DNA of 64,000 bases from assembly GCA_002269645.1 (NCBI GenBank), contig NIVC01001510.1, forward strand, positions 124,001 to 188,000. The letters run 5' to 3'. The stretch comes from Macrostomum lignano (lineage: Eukaryota). This document shows positions 25,501 to 37,500 of this stretch, one piece after another. The notes under the pieces were generated by a model that was given only the letters and a program-made list of their open reading frames with translations, was not told the origin of the DNA and ran no database searches. Numbering within the stretch: the stretch's first letter is position 1; each line of letters begins with the position of its first letter. The position numbers and the translations under genes are program-made.

Positions 25501-27592
25501 CAGTCCTTTCCCCCTATGCTTCGCGAAGGCTCTCAGCCACTTAACTTTCAAGGCCAATGCTGACTCGCTCACACGCACTGCCTCCTGTCCTCTCCTCTCC
25601 TCTCCTCGCTTCTCCATCAGCAGCCATACAGGAAACTTCCATTATTTTGATGGAAACAGCTATACATACAGACTCCGACTTAAACAGAAAAAAATATCGA
25701 TCGTTTAGAATGACTTACTCGTTGTGCAAAGTGCTTTCTTCTAAAAGGAGCATGGCGGTCTTTTTTCATGCACAAGCAAGCATTCATGCCGCATTGCTTT
25801 CCGACCTAGGGGTAGAGTAAGTAGCCCAGCGGTCAACCCGTCCGACTCTCATGCCAGGGTTCCGTCTCTCTGGTACCGGGGTTCCGGGCCTGGCCACATT
25901 AAGAGAGCATGGAGATAGAAACCATAGTTACCTAGAACTGTTCCATAAAACCCATTCACATTTGCATGGTCTGCAGCGGAATCGAGAAGTTCAAATATCG
26001 ATGCTGCATCTGCTCCACCTGATGACATGTCGCGACAGAGTCTGGCCACCAGGGCGCCTCTTGTACCGCCAAGCAGGCAAGAGCCGTGAGTATTACTAAT
26101 AGTAGAGTAGGAGAATTCTAATTCTCATTGCATGAAAACTTAATTAGAGGAAATTTCGACAAACTGACTGAAAACTATTAAATTGGTAGTTTTAGAAGTA
26201 GATGACAAAATGTTTTAATAAAATTTAAGATACTCGTACTAGCTAATACCAAACTGTTCGATGCTTTCTAAAAGTTCCAGTACTGTACGTTGGGATTTTT
26301 TAAAGTGCTTCATAAAAGTGACACAACGTACTTGCGCTGAATCCGTGACCTATGACCTATTTACACCCACTTTCAGGCTACACCATTCAAAGCTGAAAGC
26401 CGATGACAACTTGAAAAGTAGCGAGTGAGTTTGGATTAATTAAACTCAATTTAGTCACGTGCAGTCTTATTTCTATTTTTCGGCTTTCCATAACTAATTG
26501 GCTTTATTTTGCTCATTTCTCTATCGCTTGCAAACTGTTAATTTCTATTGTAGAAGTTCCGATAAAAAGCGCAAGAAGAAGGGCAGGAGGTCGCACAAAG
26601 TTGACCCCGGGTAAACACGCTCTGCGCTTCTTGTTATTGATTAAAATTATGACAAAATATGCGCAATATGTTACTAAGTAAGCCAAAATCCCTCTTTTTT
26701 CGAGCTCAATTCCACCTTGATGTGCGCTTTTCCGTTTGACCATTAAACATATAAAATACTAAAAATGGTCATTTGACCCTTCATTAACTTTAAATGAAAA
26801 TATTATTTAAAACTAGATTACGAAATGATGGAAATTTCCTTAATAATAATTGCGCTAGCTAATTGCTAATCCGTAGTAATTTTAGATCGTATAAGTAGCA
26901 ATTATGAGCTATTACTAATTGAAATAATATTCCGTAGTAATTACTAATCGTTTTCTAATCGATAATTTTTTTAATTTTGCAATTTAATTAAACTTAGCTT
27001 GTAATACTATTTTGTAATTAGTAGTTTATCTAGATTATTTGAATCCTATTTGCTAAAATGAGTGTTAAAAATTAAAGCTTTTTATGGGCCACTGTTGTTA
27101 TAATACAGTGGCCCTTGGGCTTTTTACGTCAATGAAGTATATATTCTCTAGATATTTAGTTTAAACATTGCTGGAAATAAATTTTATGTTGAAAGTCTGA
27201 AAATTAATAAATTTCAGAGATTGTTTTTCTTAGAAATTCTTGAATATTACGTTCAGGATTTTCTGAGTACAAAAGAAACGAAGCTAATTATTACATTCGG
27301 GGTCCAAAAACAGCACTCGACATTTTTTAATTCTACTTACATTTATAAGCGCTTGATAAATATTTAATAGCGTAAAAAATAATATCGCACGAAAAAAGAC
27401 CAACGCGTTGAACCAACCGCTCTGTATTTCAGCAATTCGAATCCCAGCTTAGATGACAGCCGGAGCGAACCGTTGAACAATCCTAAAAGCGACTGGCAGT
27501 TGCCGCCGCTGTCGCGGCATCATCGTCAGCTCGGACGCCTACCGGAACTGCTAGAACCCGACGCCGATCATCAGGGCGATATTCGAAGCTAA
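16519..27592 (+). CDS. Cadherin-related type-I membrane protein, ~1470 aa, ~11 EC repeats (CDH23/Cad87A/CDHR-like)
   Basis: Manual model with all GT-AG introns and consistent phases: 16519-16576 (signal peptide MDETLLLRILRLSFLLCCA), 18731-18850, 19121-19278, 19374-19430, 19533-19625, 19814-19900, 19986-19997, 20179-21033, 21175-21339, 21447-21514, 21615-21873, 22228-22587, 23153-23791, 23886-25098, 25977-26085, 27433-27592. Repeated DxNDxxPxF, DxD and LDY/RE motifs; TM segment NVILIAGCGIALTCLILMYC. The last two exons are less certain. Confidence 0.9.
16717..17320. repeat. 21-bp minisatellite (gatattggcgatgttctatta) in cadherin intron 1
   Basis: ~28 visible tandem copies. Confidence 0.95.
18277..18508. 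mobile_element. ~230-bp MITE with ~49-bp imperfect terminal inverted repeats
   Basis: ggggatgtgaacttcagagtcggaatggagcctgaagcattgggtccc versus gggacccaatgcttcaggcttcattttgaatcttaagttcacatcctc (reverse complement). No clear TSD. Confidence 0.65.
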
Positions 27593-27839
27593 GACGCGCG
27601 GACAAAGCCTGCTGTTCTTTCATGAGTGTAGCGCAACTAATAACTGTAATATTTTATTTTCTAGAATTCAAGAATCACGAATTCAACCCGCGCTTCATCT
27701 CGATAAAGGCTGCACCATTATCTAAAACTCGAGCAAAAACTATACTATTAATCACTGTGCATTGGAAATAGACATTCTATGGCACAGAACGTCTATGGCT
27801 AAAACTGTCAATGGCTCAAAGTTATGTATGCCATGGCTC

Positions 27840-28290
27840 AGACTGTCTTTTGCTTGGACTGTCTATGTCTCAGACTGTCTGTCTCAGACTGTCTGTCTCA
27901 GACTGTCTGTCTCAGACTGTCTGTCTCAGACTGTCTGTCTCAGACTGTCTATGGTTCAGACTATACCACTGTGTATGGCTCAGACTGTCTATGTCTTAGA
28001 CTGTCTATAGTTCAGACTATACCACTGTGTATGGCTCAGACTGTCTATGTCTTAGACTGTCTATAGTTCAGACTATACCACTGTGTATGGCTCAGACTGT
28101 CTATGTCTTAGACTGTCTATAGTTCAGACTATACCACTGTGTATGGCTCAGACTGTTTATGTCTTAGACTTAGGCTGTCTATAGTTCAGACTGTCTATGT
28201 CTCAGACTGTCTATGTCTCAGACTGTCTATGGCTCAGACTGTCTATGGCTCAGACTGTCTATGGCTCAGACTGTCTATGGCTGAGACTTA
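27840..28290. repeat. 14-bp minisatellite (gactgtctgtctca) with a ~55-bp higher-order variant
   Basis: Visible tandem copies downstream of the cadherin gene. Confidence 0.9.
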
Positions 28291-29830
28291 TTTATAGCTC
28301 TGACTGTATTTAATAAATCATCCATTCCGTGCATTAAAGGCTCCGTAACACTAACGAATTTTCAATGCTCTGAGTAATAGGAAAACGGAATGTAGTTTAT
28401 CTTTTTCTGACTATGACTGACGCAATTTTTCTCTGAGAATTTTGCCAAACTTTACCTACTTAAGATAGCTCGTACGCTGTACCGAGCTAGTCCGTATTTC
28501 CTTTAACAATTTAGCCCGCCATACACTTTTGCAATATTTATTTTTATTTCAAAATTTCACCTAAATGTTTATCAAGTCCTGAGCCAGCGTTTGAAACCAT
28601 TGTGAGCCAGACCGCATAGTTTTGAACACTCATCTTTTTAACATTCCGTAAAATCTATAATTTTGGTTTTTCATGCAGACGATTATACATCAATGTCCTG
28701 GTATTGATTTTAATAGATATTGTTTAATAAATCTAATCGGTGATATTTCTGTCTATACTACTTAAATTATGCATGTACATATGCATTCCCTATTATGCTG
28801 TCGCTAAGAGAAAATTATATATTTTTAATAATATCTATCAGATTCTTATTTTGATTGGAATTATTCTGCATAACGCAGTGGTTTCTTGGAAATCTGAGTC
28901 CTTGACTGGCTATTTCGTCATTTCTGGTTGCAGTCCAAGCCGTCCAAACTTCAAGTTAAAACTCTGGTTGCTATACAAACTACCACTGGTTGCTATCCAA
29001 ACTACCAAATATTGCTATCCAACAATCAATGGTTGCTGTCCCACCGTATTAGTAGTGGTAGGCAAAGTAATCAAAATTACCTGTGGTTTAGGTGGAACAT
29101 CGAATTTTAAAAGATTTTATTTGCGGAACAAATTTGTATTAATGCTCAGCAGACACTACTGAATAGTGAGCAAAACTACTACCGAGTGTTTTCATTCCCG
29201 TGAGCGCAACAACAAACCTAGACTGAACTGAGACCCATTGTCATGCCCAAAGTGGTGAAAGAGGCAATATTGGATAGAGCTTCTCATTTGATCTACTTAC
29301 CTTAGTAAATGTACCTCACTGAGCGCACAGGTGTATGCTCTACACTGCTGCATGAAATACAGCCCGACGAATACTCCTGGCGTACCGTATGATTGGAGTG
29401 AATGTACGGGCACACAGTACGTTCAGCCCCCAGAGAGGGCCGGGGGGGGTCTGGGTGGACCAACTCTCAGGCCAGCCCTTCTCTCACCTGTCTTGCCCCA
29501 CCGCCTCTCATTCCAGGCCTGTCCTCTGCGCGACACTCTCTCTCTGAATAGCGGAAAATTGGGCGCTGAATTTGTAGCCGAGACAGTCCGCGTATGCGCA
29601 GGGTGGGAGGCGCGGAGATGGGGGAGGGGGGCCGGCTCAGAGCGAGGCCGGGGCGCTGCAGCGTTAGCAACCAGCTTGGCAACCAGCTTTAGCTTAGCAG
29701 TACTCACCCCTTTTCATAGAGCGTTTCTCTCGGCTTTCTCTGCTTTTTCATAGAAAATTTCTTTGCTATAAAGCAGTCTCGCAGACCCTGACAGTGTAGC
29801 ATTCAATCTAGCAGGTTAGCGCTAATCAGC

Positions 29831-31135
29831 ATGGCGGTCAAAACCAACATGAAAGACATCGGCTGGATGTACCACAGCCCGGCTAAGCACGAGGACAGGC
29901 CCGAGGTTCGCGTCCCGCCGACATCGCAGATTCCCGGCCTAGGCAACATGCCGGACGATATGCTGCCACCGGAGAAGGAGCCGCGGCAGGGCCTCATCAA
30001 GGACACGGACACGCCCTACATTGTGATGGCGAAGAATGGCGGCAGGAAGGACCTGCTGTGCATCCGGGAGAATCAACGCGACGACGATGCCCCGGCTAAG
30101 GGCTATCCAAGGTGCGACTGGTTCTACCAGGAGGACAACAGCATGCTTGACGACGACGCCGCCAACCAGCGCGAGCCGTGGGTGTTCCGCCTGCCTGACT
30201 ACATGGTGCACCAGCCGTGGAACGCGGCCGGCAAACCGGGGCGCGCAGCGGCGGTGCCGAAGTACGGACCAGGCGAGCGGGGCCGGCCGCCGTTCGCCAC
30301 TGAGCAAGACGTCATCCCCAACCACATGGTGCGCTTCGACAAGAGATCCCGCCTGCCGGAGGCCAGGAAGCAGGGCGTCGGGGTGAGGAACGAGAAAGCG
30401 GCTAAGAAGGCCAGCCAGCAGCAGAAGCTGGAGAATCAGGAGCTCACTGTGAAGGCGCGGCCGCACAATGAGAACGAGCTGAGACAGAAGGCTCGGCGAG
30501 GTGGCGGCTTTCAGGTAAGTTTCAGGTTCAGTTTGACCTTTTCCATCAGGCCGCCCCCTTTAAATAGGTCAACCGCCTGCCAGCTCCCTCGGGCGGACTT
30601 TGAACCCCTTTTTCTAAAAGGAAACTCCATCATCCGCTCCTAGGTAGTAAGCTCAACCAATTTCACCATCCGCTCCCTACCCAAATCCACCATCCGCTCC
30701 CTACTCAAATCCACCATATGCTCCCTACCCAAATCCACCATCCGCTCCATACTCAAATCCACCATCCGCTCCCTACCCAAATCCACCATCCGCTCCCTAC
30801 CCAAATCCACCATCCGCTCCCTACCAAAATCCACAATGCAGAATCCGAACGATGAGCAGCCGGGCGGGGCGGTGGAGCGGCCGGCCATGGACAAGCTGCT
30901 GTCTATGGGCTACGCCAAGGAGTGGCAAGACTCACACGACGCCTACGAGCACGAGAAGGCGGAGGCAGCCAGGCGCCAGGCTGAGAAGCTGCGCGGCCTG
31001 CAGGCCCGAGCCCAGGCCCGGGAGACGCAGCAGATGGCGACAGCCAACCGGCTGGCCGATCGGCCGGGCGGCCAGGGCGGCGGCGTGAGCACCACGCCAT
31101 GGAAGCCGACCTCCAAGGGCGGTCACCTGCTGTGA
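29831..31135 (+). CDS. C7orf57: C7orf57 (DUF5524) homolog, 325 aa, 2 exons
   Basis: Exons 29831-30514 (CAG|GTAAGT) and 30842-31135, phase 0. Motifs PPTSQIPGLG, IKDTDTPYIVMAKNGGRKDLL, YPRCDWF and MDKLLSMGYAKEW match my recollection of C7orf57 ([42 protein letters not shown]). Confidence 0.8.
30662..30832. repeat. 24-bp minisatellite (ccaccatccgctccctacccaaat) in the C7orf57 intron
   Basis: ~7 copies running up to the splice acceptor. Confidence 0.92.
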
Positions 31136-31949
31136 TTGGCTGGCTTGGCGGACGCTGGTCAAGGAATGTTGACGTCATAATTTGGGGTCTTTGTAGCTGT
31201 ACTTTCTGTTCTGTTTTTTTAATTGTTTGTTTATTAAGTTTTGCTCACACGTGCGCTGTGTTAGTGCTTGCTGCGAATGTATAAGTATAGTTTAGTTTAC
31301 CGTATCCTTGATACTGCCTTAAGGACCGCTAAGGGTAGGAGTACGTGGCAACTGAAAACTGTGAAACATAATTTTTGAAGGTTCCACTTTTGTTTTAAAA
31401 TGCATTAGCGAGATTGCATAGATTGGATGCTGGCAAACCGCCCCATCTTTTCACTCTATTCTTTTCTAAAGGGATTTCCCTGTGCGACAGAACCCTACTC
31501 AATTGAATGCATTCTAAGAAAGAACGCACTGTGCTTTTGCTTATTTCCAATATCAAAATAACAGTTTTCAGTTTTTTCGTTGACGCGTTAACTGAAAGCG
31601 TAACGTCCTATCACTACATTGGTTGATCCTTGCTGATCTCCGGCACTGCTCCCGATGTTAATCTGAGGATCTCTGATTTCCGTTAACTCCTCTTCAGGAG
31701 GGAAAATAAACGAATTAAACCGGCAAAGAATTGATGGAGTCCGGGCTCCGCAACACAGCGTAGAAATCTTCAACGTTTCGTACAAAAGCGTATGATTAAG
31801 GGCTAATTGTAATCAACAGTAATTTTCATCACAGAAGTTATCAGACACAATATCGGCCCTCTATCTACTCAATACTCTACACCTACCTCTCTGCACCATT
31901 TACTGTATCCTATCAACTCTTACAGTATCTGTCCAACCAAAACGTGTCT

Positions 31950-32270
31950 GTCTACGCTCTATCTACTCTAGAATATCTATCTACATGTACTCCATACACT
32001 CTATCCACTCTACAATATCTATCTACATGTACTCCATACACTCTATCCACTCTACAATATCTATCTACATGTACTCCATACACTCTATCCACTCTACAAT
32101 ATCTATCTACATGTACTCCATACACTCTATCCACTCTACAATATATATCTACATGTACTCCATACGCTCTATCTACTCTACAATATCTATCTACATGTAC
32201 TCCATACACTCTATCCACTCTACAATATATATCTACATGTACTCCATACACTCTATCTACTCTACTACCA
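31950..32270. repeat. 42-bp minisatellite (actctatccactctacaatatctatctacatgtactccatac)
   Basis: ~7.5 copies. Confidence 0.92.
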
Positions 32271-33006
32271 CGCCTATTCCCGTCACTATCCAACTAAATC
32301 TACGCAATCTGAATCTATGTTAAATGTACTTATCTATGTAATCAACCGCGATCTATATCCTACAGTCTACAACTCACCTCACCCCATCAACTCATCAGCA
32401 ACCGATAACACACAAATAGAAAGAGACTTAAAGACTCAAAGTATTCTGCTGGATGAATACATTTTGAGTCCGGTACAAAAGAACTTCTCTACAGCAAAGT
32501 TCGTCTCAGCCCGATCTCAATCGATCAGCGCGTCTCTCGTCTGCCCCCAAACGCCGCCCATCCCCCACCCCTCGTTTTTTTATCCCAAGGACGGCCAATC
32601 TCAGCGATAGGAGCTTATCCTATCCTGTTTTTCTTTTCTTTAGCTCGCTTCTGCCACTTCGGCTAACAGACGCGTTAGATAGATAGAGACAAGCAGGAAA
32701 TTGCAGAGGAGCAGGAGAGAGAAGGCAAATAGCAGAGCTGAGATGGAGCTGGGCTGAGCACGGCCAGCTAATTGGCAGCCATCCGCCATGGCCAAGTGGT
32801 GGCTCTGCAGTGTTGGAGGAGTAAAAGCTCCGCCCCGGCCATCAGTCACAGCTGCCAGGATGCAGAGATGTAGTTTGTTAACTTGGCCGATTTTGTGCTG
32901 GCTAAGAGCCGCTGGAATGCTCAAGTTTGGAACATAGAAGGAAGGAAATATTCGGAAGAGAACTTCTGTGCCCCACAGCGTCTCAATGCTTTCATGTGGC
33001 AATGCA

Positions 33007-33500
33007 TTGACCTACCTGGAGAAAGCGTAGCTAGTTCGGGATTGACCTTCTGGAGAAGTAGCTAGTTCGGGATTGACCTACCTGGAGAAGTAGCTAGTTC
33101 GGGATTGACCTACCTGGAGAAGTAGCTAGTTCGGGATTGACCTACCTGGAGAAGTAGCTAGTTCGGGATTGACCTACCTGGAGAAGTAGCTAGTTCGGGA
33201 TTGACCTACCTGGAGAAGTAGCTAGTTCGGGATTGACCTACCTGGAGAAGTAGCTAGTTCGGGATTGACCTACCTGGAGAAGTAGCTAGTTCGGGATTGA
33301 CCTACCTGGAGAAGTAGCTAGTTCGGGATTGACCTACCTGGAGAAGTAGCTAGTTCGGGATTGACCTACTGGAGAAGTAGCTAGTTCGGGATTGACCTAC
33401 TGGAGAAGTAGCTAGTTCGGGATTGACCTACTGGAGAAGTAGCTAGTTCGGGATTGACCTACTGGAGAAGTAGCTAGTTCGGGATTGATCTACCTGGAGC
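33007..33500. repeat. 32-bp minisatellite (gacctacctggagaagtagctagttcgggatt)
   Basis: ~15 near-identical copies; several later units are 31 bp. Confidence 0.95.
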
Positions 33501-34537
33501 CTATCGAGCGTCCAATATTGTTATCTTTTAAAACACGTTGTTCATAGTATATGCGTTAGCTTTTGTATTACCCAATGTTTTTAGTGTCGTTATTAACGGA
33601 CTCAGGACTGCATTTAAAATAACCACTTCTACATGTAGTTGGTTCTTTGCTTAATAAAATGCCAATTTTTATGCGCGAACTGCGTCAATAATTAAGCTAT
33701 TGATTAAAGTGAAATATCGCATGCTAATATAGTCCTCAAGAGATGCACAGCGCTGAGGGAGTCAGAGGAAATGAAAGCAGAAGATTGAGTGACTGAAAGA
33801 GAGACAGGGAAGCAGAACTAGAAGTCGCACGCGTGTTAGCCAGAAAATTTTCAATAGCAAATACGAGCTACAATTTCTTCACGGAGAGTCACAGCGAAAC
33901 GACGGGGGGTTGGCGGGTGGCGGCACAGCAAAGGCCAAACAGAAGCATCCCGGGTGAAGCTTTGAAAGAAGATTTTAATTCGACACGACAAAGTCCCGCG
34001 ACCCCCCGTTTCGACTCTCTGGACTAGAAAGCATAGCCGAGGATGTTTGGTCTGGCCAATCCCCTGCGATGGGCTAGGGAATGAGGGGAGAGTGAGGGGA
34101 GAGGAAGCAGACTTAAGATTCAGGTCAGACGCCTCGGGCCTCAGCAGCCCCCAGGCTTTGGCGGACCTCAACAGCGGTCGGTGACTGTCTGCGCCTCAAA
34201 GCAGCAATAGCAAGGTGAGAAAAGGCTGAGCAGCAAACTCCTGACTGGAGCTTTACAAGCATGCTGTCTCGGGTTGAACTGAGACAGTCAATATGTGTTG
34301 AGCAATACACTTCACTCTGCATTGCTTCAGTTCACCCAGCTGTAAAATGGGTGCCAGCATTAGCTGGGGTAATTGAGGGTGCGTGTGGCGACCCCTTGGA
34401 CTGAACAGCCGTACGCAGCCTTCAGATACGCCGCACAATAGCTGCCGCTGAGCTGTCGGTTGCACAGCTGGCCCAATCGGGGCAGGTGTAATCAATTCTG
34501 ATTATGATAATCTTTCGTCATCCCTCAACTTCCCAGC

Positions 34538-37500
34538 ATGGCATCGAAGCCGGCCAAGTTTCTCTACCCCTCCGAGGTTCGCTTCTTCGCCCGAGTTAAA
34601 AACTGGCCGGAGCTGACCGCGGCCGCCGTTGACTCCGGCGGAGACCACCGGCTGAACTCGGACAGCCTGTCCGACTATGCTCGCCGCCTGCTTAGCCACG
34701 ACTCGAAGTACCCGAAACTGCAAGTTGTACAGCTCGGCGGAGTCTGGTACGCGCTGAACAGCCTGCAGCTGGCCATCTGCCGGCAGCTGCAGCGGGCCGG
34801 GCACTGCCGCCGGATCCGAGTGCTGGTCTGTCCGGCCGGGCTTCTGCCGGGCGGCCTCGGACAGGCGCTCGGCCGACCCATGGAGTTCGAAGGTCGGTTT
34901 GGGGACCGACATGTGCCTGCGTGTCGTGTTTGTTTGGCCTTCAGGTATATTCAGGATGTAGATCGAGTCTGTGAGCATGTAGATCGAGTCTGTCAATATG
35001 TAGATCGAGTCTGTCAGTATGTAGATCGAGTCTGTCAGTATGTAGATCGAGTCTGTCAGTATGTAGATCGAGTCTGTCAGGATATCTATGCACTGCAATA
35101 TCAAGCCGAGTTCTTAAAAGCTTCCGGTAAGGCGAAGCATATACTATAATTATTAAGGTGTTCATTCTTCAAAAGAAGAAAATCCGCCAGTAATCAGGCA
35201 GTGCGAAAGCTTGCAGAAGAAATGATTGCGGACCGGGGCGGATGAAGCAAGCAAATAAATGATTGAAGGAGGAAAGCATTAGGATAAGAAATTGCAAGCC
35301 TTTAACGCCTTGTAGCGTTCGGTTCATTTCCTGTTGATCCCGCCGTTCCTCTGCACAAGATTCTCCACCCTCTCATTACTGCCGGCAGGTAGCAACCTTA
35401 GACTGCGCTAGAGCCTGCACTTGTATTAATACTTCAATTCTTTTCACTCCCAGCTTGTGCAGTTTCTTCTGATGCTATATAAAGCAGAATATTCTGACCC
35501 CACCTGCGGCTGTTTAGGTTTATTTTTATAGTGTAAGTACTTAATTATACATCTAGTAAGCTCATCACTCTGCTCAGATGGTTAGCACACACTCTAGTGA
35601 GCTCATCACTCTGCTCAGATGGTTAGCACACACTCAAGTGAGCTCATCACTCTGCTCAGATGGTTAGCACACTTTCTAGTGAGCTCATCACTCTGCTCAG
35701 ATGGTTAGCACACACTCAAGTGAGCTCTTCACTCTGCTCAGATGGTTAGCACACACTCTAGTGAGCTCATCACTCTGCTTAGATGGTTAGCACACACTCT
35801 AGTGAGCTCTTCACTCTGCTCAGATGGTTAGCACACACTCTAGTGAGCTCATCACTCTGCTTAGACGGTTAGCACACACTCTAGTGAGCTCTTCACTCTG
35901 CTCAGATGAGCACACTTTCTAGTGAGGTCATCACTCTGCTCAGATGAGCACACATTCAAGTGAGCTCATCACTCTGCTCAGATGGTTAGCGTACACACTC
36001 TAGTGAGCTCATCACTCTGCTCAGATGAGCACATTTTCTAGTGAGCTCATTACTCTGCTCAGATGAGCACACACACTCTAGTGAGCTCTTCACTCTGCTC
36101 AGATGGTTAGCACACACTCAAGTGAGCTCATCACTCTGCTCAGATGGTTAGCACACTTTCTAGTGAGCTCATCACTCTGCTCAGATGGTTAGCACACACT
36201 CAAGTGAGCTCATCACTCTGCTCAGATGGTTAGCGTACACACTCTAGTGAGCTCATCACTCTGCTCAGATGAGCACACACTCTAGTGAGCTCATCACTCT
36301 GCTCAGATGGTTAGCACACACTCTAGTGAGCTCATCACTCTGCTCAGATGGTTAGCACACACACTCTAGTGAGCTCATCACTCTGCCCAGATGGTTAGCA
36401 CACACACTCTAGTGAGCTCATCACTCTGCTCAGATGGTTAGCACACACACTCTAGTGAGCTCATCACTCTGCTCAGATGGTTAGCGTACACACTCTAGTG
36501 AGCTCATCACTCTGCTCAGATGAGCACACACTCTAGTGAGCTCATCACTCTGCTCAGATGGTTAGCACACACTCTAGTGAGCTCATCACTCTGCTCAGAT
36601 GGTTAGCACACACACTCTAGTGAGCTCATCACTCTGCCCAGATGGTTAGCACACACACTCTAGTGAGCTCATCACTCTGCTCAGATGGTTAGCACACACA
36701 CTCTAGTGAGCTCATCACTCTGCTCAGATGGTTAGCACACACACTCTAGTGAGCTCATCACTCTGCTCAGATGGTTAGCACACACACTCTAGTGAGCTCA
36801 TCACTCTGCTCAGATGGTTAGCACACACTCAAGTGAGCTCATTACTCTGCTCAGATGGTTAGCACACACTCTAGTGAGCTCATCACTCTGCTCAGATGAG
36901 CACACACACTCTAGTGAGCTCATCACTCTGCTCACATGAGCACACACACTCAAGTGAGCTCATCACTCTGCTCAGATGGTTAGCACACACTCAAGTGAGC
37001 TCATCACTCTGCTCAGATGGTTAGCACACACTCTAGTGAGCTCATCACTCTGCTCAGATGGTTAGCACACACTCAAGTGAGCTCATCACTCTGCTCAGAT
37101 GGTTAGCACACTTTCTAGTGAGCTCATCACTCTGCTCAGATGGTTAGCACACACTCAAGTGAGCTCATCACTCTGCTCAGATGGTTAGCGTACACACTCT
37201 AGTGAGCTCATCACTCTGCTCAGATGAGCACACACTCTAGTGAGCTCATCACTCTGCTCAGATGGTTAGCACACACTCTAGTGAGCTCATCACTCTGCTC
37301 AGATGGTTAGCACACACACTCTAGTGAGCTCATCACTCTGCCCAGATGGTTAGCACACACACTCTAGTGAGCTCATCACTCTGCTCAGATGGTTAGCACA
37401 CACACTCTAGTGAGCTCATCACTCTGCTCAGATGGTTAGCACACACACTCTAGTGAGCTCATCACTCTGCTCAGATGGTTAGCACACACACTCTAGTGAG

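Noticed and set aside
33007-33500. CRISPR-like appearance of the 32-bp array (and of the 82-bp and 41-bp arrays)
   Set aside because: Units are head-to-tail with no unique spacers, there are no cas genes, and the context is eukaryotic.
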